64,000 nt of DNA from an uncultured Acidobacteriota bacterium (GTDB taxonomy: Bacteria; Acidobacteriota; Vicinamibacteria; Vicinamibacterales; 2-12-FULL-66-21). Below the pieces are notes generated by a model, which saw only the letters and a program-made list of their open reading frames with translations, was not told the origin of the DNA and made no database searches. Location of the stretch: contig CAVZMJ010000010.1 in NCBI GenBank assembly GCA_963776315.1, forward strand, positions 148,896 to 212,895, read 5' to 3'. The position numbers and the translations under genes were made by a program. Of this stretch, positions 36,748 to 46,012 are shown piece by piece (position 1 is the stretch's first letter; every line of letters begins with the position of its first letter).

Positions 36748-38505
36748 CTACGGGTTGAGCAGCATGATGATCAAGCCGCCGCTGCCATCCCGCTGGAACG
36801 ACACGCGGAGATGTTCGTCGAGGTTTCGCGCAACTTCACTGGCGCGTTTGGCCATGTCTTCGGTGATCGAATCGCCGATGCTGAGGCCCGAGCGCTGCAC
36901 GAACTCCTTCATCGTTTCCGGGGTGACGCGTTCGCCGCCGATCCGGACGAGCCGTAGCGGTCCCTCGAAGACCGGGCGGCGTTGGTCCAGTCGGACCGTG
37001 TACTCGGCTTCACCCTTCAAGGCACTTTCAGCGAGCATCTTGTTGAGAAGCAGCGACTGCTTCTCGTACTCGCGCTTCCATTCGTCCTTCTGTTCAGGGG
37101 AAGCGTTCTGATCCTGCAGCGCCATCTTGAGCTCGTTCATGGCATGTTTGGCGTGCTGCGCCTTGTCCGGCTCGGCCTTCAATTCGTCCTCTTTCTCCAT
37201 GCGGAAGGCGTAACCGCGGTTCTCGAACTCCGCATTGCCGGCCGGCAGGGTGAAACGCAGCGTGGCCTGGAGGGTGGTGGAGCGAAGCGCTTCCGGTGAG
37301 TAGTGCCACTGGAGCACCGATTCGAGCGCCGCGCGCCTGAGCTCGTCCGGACCGCTGACGACCCGGGCGTCAGACACCTCTCCGCGCTCGTCGGTCATGA
37401 CGTCTAGAACGACGTCGCCCTGCACGCGCTGTTCGACTGCCCGTCCCGGATACTCGGCCAGGGAGGCGTGCAGCAGGTGTTCGCCGCCCTTCACGATCTG
37501 AACCGGCGCGCCTGTCGATTGCTGTTGCGGGACGCTCTGTCCTTGCGCCTCGAGCGGGAACGATCGGACGGCGACGGTCGCGGCGAGGGCGAGTGCGGCC
37601 GTGCTGGCGGTAAGCGAGGCGATCAGTCGGCGTGTTGTCATGGTGGTCTCCTGCAGAATCTGGGCGACTCGCTGCCTCAGGAGGCTGCGCCGCAGGAAGA
37701 GCGGCGCGGGAACGAGGGCCATACGCGATTTGTTCAACGCAACGACGAGCAGCGCATCGATGTAGCGCTCCTTGGACTCAGTCAATCCCACGGCCGCCCG
37801 ATCGACGACCTGTTCGCGACTGAGCTGAATGCGTCCGATCAGCCACCAGATGGCCGGATGGAACCAGAAGACCGTGCGTATCCCTTCTTCGAGGATCTCG
37901 AACAGCCAGTCGCGACGGAGCACGTGCAGCAACTCGTGATAGGCGATTGCCTTCTGCACGTGGTGGGGCATCGCGAGGACAGATGGAGGAACGATGACGA
38001 CCGGGGAGCGCAGGCCGAACGTGATTGGCCCGGAGACGCGCTCCGAAACAAAGATGCCTGGCCGGACGCCGATCCGGGCTTCCGCTTCGCCGAACGCCGC
38101 GGGCGGCGGCACGAGTGGTGACGCGGTGCGGCGCAAGCGACCGAGCGTCCATGCGCCGACGGTCAGCCACAGCGCGCGTATCGCGGCCCCGCCAGCGAGT
38201 GCAAGCAGGCTCAGGGCGGCGATGGACCATGGCGCAGGGGCCGTCGCCGACGGCGAGAGCTGGGGCACGACGTCCGCTCCCGCCACGGGCAGGATCGCCA
38301 TCGTCACGCTCGTCGAGCCCGACGTCAGCCACGGCTGGCAGAGGGGCAGGAGCAGGCACGCCGCCAGCAGCGTACGCCAGCAGGCCAGCATGACCTTCGG
38401 CTCGCGGATCCGGAACATGAACGCGAGCACTGCGCCCGCGGCGATGATCAGGGACAGCTGCAGGCTGTAAGAGAGGATGTCGCGGAACACTATCGCGGTC
38501 GTCAT
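36748..38505 (-). CDS. BlaR1-like M56 metallopeptidase sensor with TonB C-terminal-like domain
   Basis: HELLHVLRRDW (HEXXH) in a multi-TM N-terminal half, then YPGRAVEQRVQGDVVLDVMTDERGEVSDARVVSG (TonB_C-like). Confidence 0.85.
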   Translation of the reverse strand: MTTAIVFRDILSYSLQLSLIIAAGAVLAFMFRIREPKVMLACWRTLLAACLLLPLCQPWLTSGSTSVTMAILPVAGADVVPQLSPSATAPAPWSIAALSLLALAGGAAIRALWLTVGAWTLGRLRRTASPLVPPPAAFGEAEARIGVRPGIFVSERVSGPITFGLRSPVVIVPPSVLAMPHHVQKAIAYHELLHVLRRDWLFEILEEGIRTVFWFHPAIWWLIGRIQLSREQVVDRAAVGLTESKERYIDALLVVALNKSRMALVPAPLFLRRSLLRQRVAQILQETTMTTRRLIASLTASTAALALAATVAVRSFPLEAQGQSVPQQQSTGAPVQIVKGGEHLLHASLAEYPGRAVEQRVQGDVVLDVMTDERGEVSDARVVSGPDELRRAALESVLQWHYSPEALRSTTLQATLRFTLPAGNAEFENRGYAFRMEKEDELKAEPDKAQHAKHAMNELKMALQDQNASPEQKDEWKREYEKQSLLLNKMLAESALKGEAEYTVRLDQRRPVFEGPLRLVRIGGERVTPETMKEFVQRSGLSIGDSITEDMAKRASEVARNLDEHLRVSFQRDGSGGLIIMLLNP

Positions 38506-38879
38506 CGGCGTTTCCCCATCATCCGGGTGATCTCGACAAGATCTGCTTCCGTGAGCCGGTCGTCCTCGATGAGATGCGTGACGAGCGGCTGGGCGGAGCC
38601 GTTGAACACGCGGTCGACGAACTCACGCACCATGGCCTTGATGACCTGCTGCCTGGGCTTGGCGGGCCGGTAGAGATACGCTCGATCCTGCTGGGTGGCC
38701 TTCAAATACCCCTTCTGCTCGAGCGTCTTCATGCTCGTCATCACGGTGGTGTAGGCGATCGTGCGGCGCGCGCGCAGCGCCTCGTACACCTCGCGCACCG
38801 TGACAGGAGCGTCGTGCTGCCAGACGATTTTCATCATCTCCAGCTCGTGGGCGGTCAACGTCGGCGACTTGGGTCTCAT
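38502..38879 (-). CDS. BlaI/MecI/CopY family repressor
   Basis: LTAHELEMMKIVWQHDAPVTVREVYEAL...YTTVMTSMKTLEQKGYL. The stop overlaps the BlaR1-like start. Confidence 0.9.
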   Translation of the reverse strand: MRPKSPTLTAHELEMMKIVWQHDAPVTVREVYEALRARRTIAYTTVMTSMKTLEQKGYLKATQQDRAYLYRPAKPRQQVIKAMVREFVDRVFNGSAQPLVTHLIEDDRLTEADLVEITRMMGKRR

Positions 38880-38883
38880 TAAT

Positions 38884-38899
38884 TACTAGTTAACTAGTA
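38884..38899. promoter_or_regulatory. Perfect 16 bp palindrome TACTAGTTAACTAGTA, candidate BlaI operator
   Basis: Lies 5 nt upstream of the repressor start codon in an AT-rich patch. Confidence 0.5.
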
Positions 38900-38926
38900 C
38901 TACCGAACATTGTCAAGAGCAAGATT

Positions 38927-39023
38927 GGCTCAGGGCTCAGGGCTCAGGGCTCAGGCAAAACCTTCGACCACATACTCGAGGGTTCTGGCTTGGCCCTGAG
39001 CCCTGAGCCCTGAGCCCTGAGCC
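38927..39023. repeat. GGGCTCA-heptamer palindromic element
   Basis: (ggctcag)x4-gcaaaacc ... core ttcgaccacatactcgagg ... ggcc-(ctgagcc)x4. Confidence 0.8.
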
Positions 39024-39092
39024 TTCCCCTTCGCCTCCCACTTCACTTGACACCCCAGTGAACAAGTGTCAGGCTGAGACGACTCCACTGCG

Positions 39093-39443
39093 ATGTCTAG
39101 TGAACCATCCGACCGGATCGAGCTCCTTCAGGGCACCCTCGATCTCATCGTGCTGCGGGCGCTGTCGACGATGGGGCCGCAGCATGCCTACGGGCTGGCC
39201 GCGCGCCTCGAGCAGGTGAGCGACCATCCGCTGACGCTGAACCAGGGGACGCTCTATCCGGCGCTCGTGCGGCTCGAGCAGAAGGGCTGGATCAAGGGCA
39301 CCTGGCAGAAGACCGACAGCAACCGCGACGCGAAGTCCTACGCCATCACGAAGGCCGGGACTCGGGCCCTCGAGAAGCAGGCCGAGCGCTGGCGGAAGCT
39401 CGCGGGACTCGTCAACAAGCTGCTTCTCGGCGAATCATCCTGA
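39093..39443 (+). CDS. PadR family transcriptional regulator
   Basis: LLQGTLDLIVLRALSTMGPQHAYGLAARL...LNQGTLYPALVRLEQKGWIKG. Confidence 0.9.
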   Translation: MSSEPSDRIELLQGTLDLIVLRALSTMGPQHAYGLAARLEQVSDHPLTLNQGTLYPALVRLEQKGWIKGTWQKTDSNRDAKSYAITKAGTRALEKQAERWRKLAGLVNKLLLGESS

Positions 39444-42079
39444 TGTGGCGACTACGCCGCGCACTGTTCCGGCTGTTCAACACCGTCCGTGCCGGCGCTG
39501 CCGAGCCAGAACTGGCGCGAGAGATTGCGTCGCACCTGGCGCTGCTCGAAGAAGAGTTCACGCGCCGTGGCATGACGCCCGACCAGGCACGCGCGGCCGC
39601 GCGCCGGGCGCTCGGCGGCGTCGAACAGGCGAAGGAACGCCACCGTGACGAGCGGGCGTTTCTCTGGCTGGACGACCTGAAGCGGGATACCCAATACGCG
39701 ATCCGCTCGCTCGCCCGGACCCCCGGCTTCGCCGCCGGTGCGGTCCTCACGCTGGCCCTGGGTATTGGCGCCAATACGACCGTGTTCAGCGTCGTCAACG
39801 CGGTGCTGCTGAAGCCACTCCCGTATCCAGATCCCGATCGCATCGTGCGGCTCTCGACTGCGTCAGCGGCCGTCACCTCGTCCGCCTCATTGTCCAGGCA
39901 GGTATCGCTCCCCGACTTTGAGGACTGGCGAACGCTCAGCACGTCTTTCGCGGCGATGGCCTACTACAGCTCGCGCGAGACGTCCGTCATGCCTGGGCCA
40001 ACCGCCGAGTACGCCCGCGCGGCGAGGGTCGGGCCCGACTTCTGTCGCGTGTTCGCGGTCGAACCCGTGCTCGGCCGCCAGTTCACGGCAGATGAGATGA
40101 AACCAGGCAGCGGCGGAGCCCTGCTGATCAGCTACGCCTACTGGCAAAGCCGTTTCGGTGGCGACGCTGGCGTCCTGGCAAAGAGCGTCCGGCTCCAGGG
40201 CAAGGTGCTCCAGATAGTCGGTGTCCTGCCGCCAGGATTTCACTTCCCCGGCGACACCGATCTCTGGTTCCCGGCCGACACGATCACTCGGGAAACCAGA
40301 GAATACCGGTCAGCCAACAACTATCTCGCGGTGGGGCGATTGAAGCCGGAGGTGACGCTCGAACGGGCGCAGGCTGAAATGACGGCGATCGCGGTTCGGC
40401 AGGAGCAGCAATACCCCGACAGCAACAAGGGCCGCACGGTTGCGGTGGCGCGGATGCGTGACGACATGGTCGGCGATATCCGACTGACGCTCTACCTGTT
40501 GTGGGGTGCCGTCGGCGTGGTGCTGCTGATTGCCTGCGCGAATACCGCGACGCTCCTTCTGGCCAGGGCCACGAGTCGTACCCGCGAGATCGCGGTTCGC
40601 GCGGCGCTCGGCGCCAGCCGACGGCGTATCCTGCGCCAGGTCATCACCGAAAGCCTGATTCTTGCCTGCCTCGGCGCGTCCGCGGGAGTGTGCCTGGCCG
40701 CGTTCGCGTCGAGCGCGCTCGTCGCGTGGGCTCCGGCGAGCGTTCCACGCATCGCTGAAACCAGCGTCGACGGGCGAGTACTTCTCTTTACGCTCGGCGT
40801 CGCCGTCCTCACCAGCGTACTGTCGGGCCTCGTGCCGGCGCTCCATGCGTCGAAGGTCGATCTGAACGATGCGCTGAAGCAGTCCGCGGCGCGGTCGGTC
40901 GTCGGCGGCACGCTTCGCCTCCGCGGAACGCTCGTGGTAGTGCAGATAGCCTTTTCTGTCGTCCTGCTCGCGGGTGCAGGGTTGCTGATCAAGAGCTTTG
41001 TTGCGCTGCAGACGGTCGCGCTGGGATTCAGGCCGGAGCACGTCCTCGTCGTTCGGGCGACGGTCCCGGGTGTTGCGCTACAGGACGCGAACCGCTACTT
41101 CAAGGACATGATCGATCGGGTCGCCGACTTGCCCGGTGTCACGGCCGCGGGAGCGACGATGGCGCCGCCCGGACGCGTCGAGTCGGATGGGGGATATTTC
41201 GTCGACCAGCTGCCGGCGCGGTTGACCTTGCAGGGGCCGTCAGCCGTCCGATCGGTGGTGACGCCGGGCACGTTCGCGGCTCTCGGGATTCCGGTTGTGG
41301 CTGGCCGCGACTTCGACGAGCGCGACAGTTACGACGCGCCGTTCACCGCCGTCGTCAACGAGGCGTTGGTCCGGACGTCGTTCCCCGGGGTCGATCCCAT
41401 CGGGCGAACGATCTTCTGTACGTTCGATTCGATGAAGGGTATGACCATCGTCGGGGTCGTCGGAGATGTCCGGCAGCACGGCCCGGCCCGGGAACCGATG
41501 CCGGAGTGCTTCATGCCCTACCAGCAGCATCGCTATAACGGAGCGAGCTTGAGTCTCGTCATGCGGACCGCCGGTGACCCGACGGCGTTGATCGAAACCG
41601 TGCGGCGGCTGGCCCTCGAGCGGTCGGCCGAAGTGCCCGTGCACATCACCACCATGGAGGCAGCGCTTTCGGCCAACGTCGCCGAGCCGCGATTCCGCAC
41701 GTGGCTGTTCGGAGTCTTCGCCGCGCTGTCCGTGTGCCTCGTGGTGGCGGGCGTCTACAGCGTCCTGTCGTACGCCGTCGGCCAGCGCTCGAGCGAAATC
41801 GGCTTGCGGAAGGCACTCGGCGCGAGCACGCGCTCGGTGATCCGCGAGGTAGTCGCGCATGGACTGACCCTGACGGCCGTCGGCCTCGCGCTCGGCTTGG
41901 CCGGCGCAGTTGCCGGCACACGGTTGTTGTCGACAGTGCTGTTTCACGTCACGCCGCATGACCCGGTGGTCTACGTGGGTGTGGTCGTGCTCCTGGGCGG
42001 TGTCACGATCGTCGCCAGCGTCGTTCCCGCGTGGCGAGCCGCGAACACCGATCCGCTGGTGGCGCTGCGGCAGGAATAG
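39443..42079 (+). CDS. ADOP family duplicated permease (MacB/FtsX-like), PadR-coupled
   Basis: 878 aa. The ATG overlaps the PadR TGA. Sequence LKRDTQYAIRSLARTPGFAAGAVLTLALGIGANTTVFSVVNAVLLKPLPYPDPDRIV and two FtsX modules. Confidence 0.9.
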   Translation: MWRLRRALFRLFNTVRAGAAEPELAREIASHLALLEEEFTRRGMTPDQARAAARRALGGVEQAKERHRDERAFLWLDDLKRDTQYAIRSLARTPGFAAGAVLTLALGIGANTTVFSVVNAVLLKPLPYPDPDRIVRLSTASAAVTSSASLSRQVSLPDFEDWRTLSTSFAAMAYYSSRETSVMPGPTAEYARAARVGPDFCRVFAVEPVLGRQFTADEMKPGSGGALLISYAYWQSRFGGDAGVLAKSVRLQGKVLQIVGVLPPGFHFPGDTDLWFPADTITRETREYRSANNYLAVGRLKPEVTLERAQAEMTAIAVRQEQQYPDSNKGRTVAVARMRDDMVGDIRLTLYLLWGAVGVVLLIACANTATLLLARATSRTREIAVRAALGASRRRILRQVITESLILACLGASAGVCLAAFASSALVAWAPASVPRIAETSVDGRVLLFTLGVAVLTSVLSGLVPALHASKVDLNDALKQSAARSVVGGTLRLRGTLVVVQIAFSVVLLAGAGLLIKSFVALQTVALGFRPEHVLVVRATVPGVALQDANRYFKDMIDRVADLPGVTAAGATMAPPGRVESDGGYFVDQLPARLTLQGPSAVRSVVTPGTFAALGIPVVAGRDFDERDSYDAPFTAVVNEALVRTSFPGVDPIGRTIFCTFDSMKGMTIVGVVGDVRQHGPAREPMPECFMPYQQHRYNGASLSLVMRTAGDPTALIETVRRLALERSAEVPVHITTMEAALSANVAEPRFRTWLFGVFAALSVCLVVAGVYSVLSYAVGQRSSEIGLRKALGASTRSVIREVVAHGLTLTAVGLALGLAGAVAGTRLLSTVLFHVTPHDPVVYVGVVVLLGGVTIVASVVPAWRAANTDPLVALRQE

Positions 42080-42151
42080 GAAGAGCGCCTGGTGAGAGAG
42101 CAGCTTCGCCGGCTATTCTCGAGGCGCTGCGCTCGGAGTAGCGCTGTGGGA

Positions 42152-42248
42152 GGGATCAGGGATCAGGGATCAGGAAGAGCATTCAAGGCTTAGCCCGCTC
42201 GGCTGAGATCTGAACGCTCTTCCCGATCCCTGATCCCCGATCCTTGAA
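42152..42248. repeat. GGGATCA-heptamer palindromic element
   Basis: (gggatca)x3-ggaagagc ... gctcttcc-cgatccctgatccccgatcc. An extra attcaagg/ccttgaat pair lies in the loop and after the right arm. Confidence 0.7.
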
Positions 42249-42250
42249 TG

Positions 42251-43499
42251 CTACCAGCGGCCGCGGTCGATGACGTAGGTCGAGTCGATGCGCGCGATCG
42301 ACGGCGTGCCTGCCTGGCGCATCACGAGCTCGAGCTCGCGGCGCAGCATCGTGAGGACTTCCTCGACGCCCGGCTGGCCGAAGGCGGCAAGGCCCCAGAC
42401 GTACGGACGGCCGATGCACGACGGCGGTCGCGCCGAGCGCGAGCGCCTTGAAGATGTCAGTGCCGCGGCGGAAACCGCTGTCGACGAGTACCGGTACTGC
42501 GCCGCCCACGGCCTCGACGACTTCGCGCACGCACTCGATCGATCCACGTCCGCTGTCTTCGGAGCGGCCGCCGTGGTTCGACACGATGAGGCCGTCGACG
42601 CCGTGCTGTGCGCGCCAGGTCGGCGTCCTCGCGCGTGACGAGCCCCTTGATGACGAGCTTCATTTTCGTCAGGGCGCGAAGCCGGTCGATCTGATTCCAG
42701 TTCCAGTCCTGCGGGGAGACACGTTCGGCGCGCGACATGTCGATGCCGCTGAATATCGGTCGCGTGACGAAGAACCGCCCCGTCGAAGGAGGCGTCGCGT
42801 GGCAGGACTGACACGTACGAGTGTCGAGCCGCGTCAGTCGCCGTTGCGTGACGCGGTTGTTGCCGAGGTTGTCGACCGTCAGCACGAGCACCGGACAGCC
42901 GGCTTTCTCGGCTCGCTCGACGATGGCCGTGGTTACGTTCCAGTCATTGGTGGGGTAGAGCTGAAACCAGACCGGCTCGCCGCGCGCGGCGTTGACCGCC
43001 TCCACGGCTGTCGACGACATCGTCGAGAGGATTTGCAGGTGCTTCTGCGCGCGAGCGGCTTTCGCGACGGCGATTTCGCCCTCGGGATAAAAGGCCCGCT
43101 GGCTGCTGACGGGAGCGAGGACGATCGGCGAGTCGTAGCGACGCCAAACAACTTGACCGACATGTCCGGCTTGGCGACGTTGACCAGCCGCCGGACGCGA
43201 AGCTGATAGCGGCCGAACGACTCCCGGTTCGCGCGCACGTGTCGTCGCGTCGGTGCCGGTGGCCAGGTAGCCGAAGTGTGCGGGCGGCAGCGTCCGCCGC
43301 GCGACAGCTTCGAAGTCGAAGACGTCGAGCGCGTCTTCGAACCTTGGTGATGACCACCGCGTCATCGCGGGCGAGCCTGCGAGCCCGCGGGCGCCTGGAA
43401 AGCCCACAGCCCCGACGCGTTGGCCATGGCCAGCGGGCTCGCCGCCGCCCACTGCAGCAGCTTCCGGCGCGCCGCCCGGCTAGAGGAGTCGTGTCTCAC
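42251..43499 (-). pseudogene. FMN-dependent alpha-hydroxy-acid dehydrogenase (LldD/glycolate-oxidase family), multiple frameshifts
   Basis: Homologous blocks lie in three frames: FEDALDVFDFEAVARRTLPPAHFGYLATGTD | VRANRESFGRYQLRVRRLVNVAKPDMSVKLFG | RRYDSPIVLAPVSSQRAF...WFQLY...KLVIKGLVTREDADLA | QHGVDGLIVSNHGGR...VLVDSGFRRGTDIFKALALGATAV | CIGRPYVWGLAAFGQPGVEEVL. Shifts near 42420, 42608, 43143, 43240 and 43343. Confidence 0.75.
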
Positions 43500-43569
43500 A
43501 TTGTGCTTTCGTGCCTATTGCTCAAGGGTGGGGTCTGACCCCGGTCTGACCCCGGCTCTGACCCCGTCC

Positions 43570-44887
43570 TCATTTCTTGACGGTCGCGCCGGTCAGTTGC
43601 GCGACAGCCGACAGCGTCGTCTGGGCGGCGTTCAGCCCAAGACGGAAGTCCTTGTCGGAGAACGTCGAGAAGACGTCGGTCACCTGGTGCCAGTGGGGAT
43701 CCCAGCCGCCGCCGACCTGCGCGCCGCGCTCGTTTTCGCGCAGGCTGATTGCGGGGACGAGATCCATGAACGGCGTGGAGTCGGTGTTGGTCATGTGCGG
43801 GCCGACGGCCGCGGGGTAGTCGGTCGCGTACTTCTCGTTGGCCGCCTTGAAGAACCACGCCAGCTTCTGCGCCGCCTCGGCCATCTTCGCGGTCGATTGG
43901 AACTCGATGTTCACGTCGGCCTCCGGACGTTGCTCGGGGCTGACCTTCCCGTCGGAGTCAGGCATCCCATGATCGAACATCATCATGTCGTGCTGGATCA
44001 TCCCGAGCCACTTCGGCTCCGGGTATCGGCGTGACCCGGGCGGGTCTTCCTTCCCCTGCAAGTCCTTGCGCTGATCGACGTAGGCCCGCGCGCCGTTAAG
44101 GCCGGTCTCCTCGTTGTTCCAGAGCGCGAACCTGATAGACCGCTCGGTCTGCACGTCAGGACTGCTGAAGGTGCGCGCCAGCTCCATCACCAGGGCAGTT
44201 CCCGAGCCGTCGTCGTTGGCGGCCTCGCCGAACCCGATGCCGTCCATGTGGCCCCCGACGATGTACATCTCGTCGGGCCGCGTGGTGCCGACCTTGGTGC
44301 AGAAGACCTGTTCGCGGAGGCCCGGCGTGCTCGGCGGCGAGTTGAGCTCGCGGAGCTTGAGGTCCGTCTGGGCGGTGGGATCGTTGTTGACGCCGGTGCG
44401 GCCGCGGTTGCCGAAGATCGTGCTGCCGCCCTGACCCGCGCGCCCGCGCCCGCCCCCGCGCTGTCCGCCGGCCGCGGCTTCGCCTCGTCCTGCGCCCCGG
44501 CCTTCACCGGCCTGTCCCGCTGCGGCGGCGCCTTCACCACGCCCGGCACCTGCCGCGCCGCCTCGCCCGGCGGGGGGCTGGTAGTCGGTACTTGATGCGC
44601 TCAGTGTTCGTGCAGCCGTAGCTCTTGAGCTGGGCCTCGATCCAGTCGATCGCCGCGCGATTCCGATCGGTCCCCTGACGGCGGTCGCCGAACTGCGTCA
44701 GTCCCTTGATCGTCGCCTTGTATTTCTCGAGGTCGAGCCTGCCGACGAGCGCGCGCACAGGGTCGTCGTCGGCCGCGGCTGCCTGCGGCGCCGCCTGGGC
44801 CTGTTGCCCCTGCGCCCGCACCGACGGCCAGGCCGTGACGATCCCCATCAGCACCAACGCGACAGACACACGTAGCGTCGAACGCAT
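43570..44887 (-). pseudogene. M28 family peptidase with signal peptide, one frameshift (or indel error)
   Basis: MRSTLRVSVALVLMGIVTAWPSVRAQ...IDWIEAQLKSYGCTNTERIKY, then in another frame DYQPPAGRGG...(Gly/Ala/Arg-rich)...TRPDEMYIVGGHMDGIGFGEAANDDGSGTA...WNNEETGLNG. The shift is near 44585-44592, next to a G6 run. Confidence 0.75.
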
Positions 44888-44989
44888 CGTTGCAGTCTCC
44901 TCCCGATTTCTGCTAACGCCGGGCCCCATCACGAATCGTCTGCCGTCTTCTTGGTCGAGCCCAGGTCCGGCTGACCAGCTTCCGCTGAA

Positions 44990-45034
44990 GCTACGGCGGT
45001 CCGCCGAAGCCTTGGCGAAGGCGGAAGCCGGAGG
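44990..45034. repeat. REP-like unit GCTACGGCGGTCCGCCGAAGC-CTTGGCGAAGGCGG
   Basis: Same unit as 14070-14105. Contains the hairpin cggcgg-t-ccgccg. Abuts the stop of the methyltransferase gene. Confidence 0.5.
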
Positions 45035-45853
45035 CTACTTCTTGGTCGCCATCCAGGCGCCGCCGCCCGACACCGCGCCCACAATCGACGTGCCGTTCAC
45101 CTTACCGGTGTAGACAGTCTTGCCCGCCGTCAGCGTGATCTGGTCGCCGTTCATCTTGCCTTCGACCTTGTTCGCGCCGAGCGTTCCAGCGAGCTTCTGG
45201 TATGTCTGGGTGAGCTTGAGATCGCCCTGCGCTGTGGACCAGGTGCCGTCGACCTTGGCCGGCACGATCCAGAGGAGCGCCGTGCACCAGCTCGTACAGT
45301 CGCCGCCAATCGTTTCCGTCTGGTCCGCCTCCCAGTCTTCCATCGTGAAGGAGTTCGACACGACGCGCGTCCCGGGCTTCAGGTTGAGAATCTTCGGCCG
45401 CAACTTGACGTTGATGTCGGGCAGCAGAAACATCGTGATGACCGTGGCCTTCGAGAAGTCGGTCTCGAAGAGGTCGGCCTTCACGAAGGCGGCCTTGGCG
45501 GTCACGTTCTCCTTGGCGGCGTTCTTCTTCGACAGCTCGACCATGTCCGGGTTGTACTCGATGCCCATCGCGGTCGCGCCGCGCTTGGCGGCGGTGATCA
45601 CGGTGCGGCCATCGCCGGACCCGAGATCCATCACGAAGTCCTGCGGCGTCACCTTGGCCATGTCGAGCATCTTGTCGACGAGCGCCTGCGACGTGGGCAC
45701 CCAGACGACGTCCTTGCCGGCCTGGCCGACTTTGGGTTCAAACGGCTGCTGTGCAGGTTTCTGAGTGGCTGTCGCCTGCGCGTGCGCGCTGACGGCCAGC
45801 AGGCAGACCCCAAGGGTCAGCCCGGCCCGCCTGACCATACCTCGTGCATTCAT
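45035..45853 (-). CDS. Class I SAM-dependent methyltransferase with signal peptide
   Basis: VMDLGSGDGRTVITAAKRGA (motif I), AMGIEYNPDMV, ADLFETD. N-terminus LTLGVCLLAVSAHAQ. Confidence 0.8.
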   Translation of the reverse strand: MNARGMVRRAGLTLGVCLLAVSAHAQATATQKPAQQPFEPKVGQAGKDVVWVPTSQALVDKMLDMAKVTPQDFVMDLGSGDGRTVITAAKRGATAMGIEYNPDMVELSKKNAAKENVTAKAAFVKADLFETDFSKATVITMFLLPDINVKLRPKILNLKPGTRVVSNSFTMEDWEADQTETIGGDCTSWCTALLWIVPAKVDGTWSTAQGDLKLTQTYQKLAGTLGANKVEGKMNGDQITLTAGKTVYTGKVNGTSIVGAVSGGGAWMATKK

Positions 45854-46012
45854 AAGAGCACTCCTGACAAGACCAACGTTGGTATCAAGACTTCAAGGCG
45901 TGCGCTGTCTGTGCTGCCCGCAACTCGAAGACCGCTCAGATAATACCTTGCGCGACGGGCGCCTGTTTACCGACCTGTCGAGTCCAGGCGAACGCGGCGC
46001 TATAATCGGGGC

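Noticed and set aside
45978-46006. TATAAT box (46001-46006) upstream of mtnB as a promoter
   Set aside because: The -10 is perfect but the -35 (tcgagt) is poor, and the proposed TTG start at 46013 would make the mRNA leaderless with a non-AUG codon. Too speculative to list as a feature.
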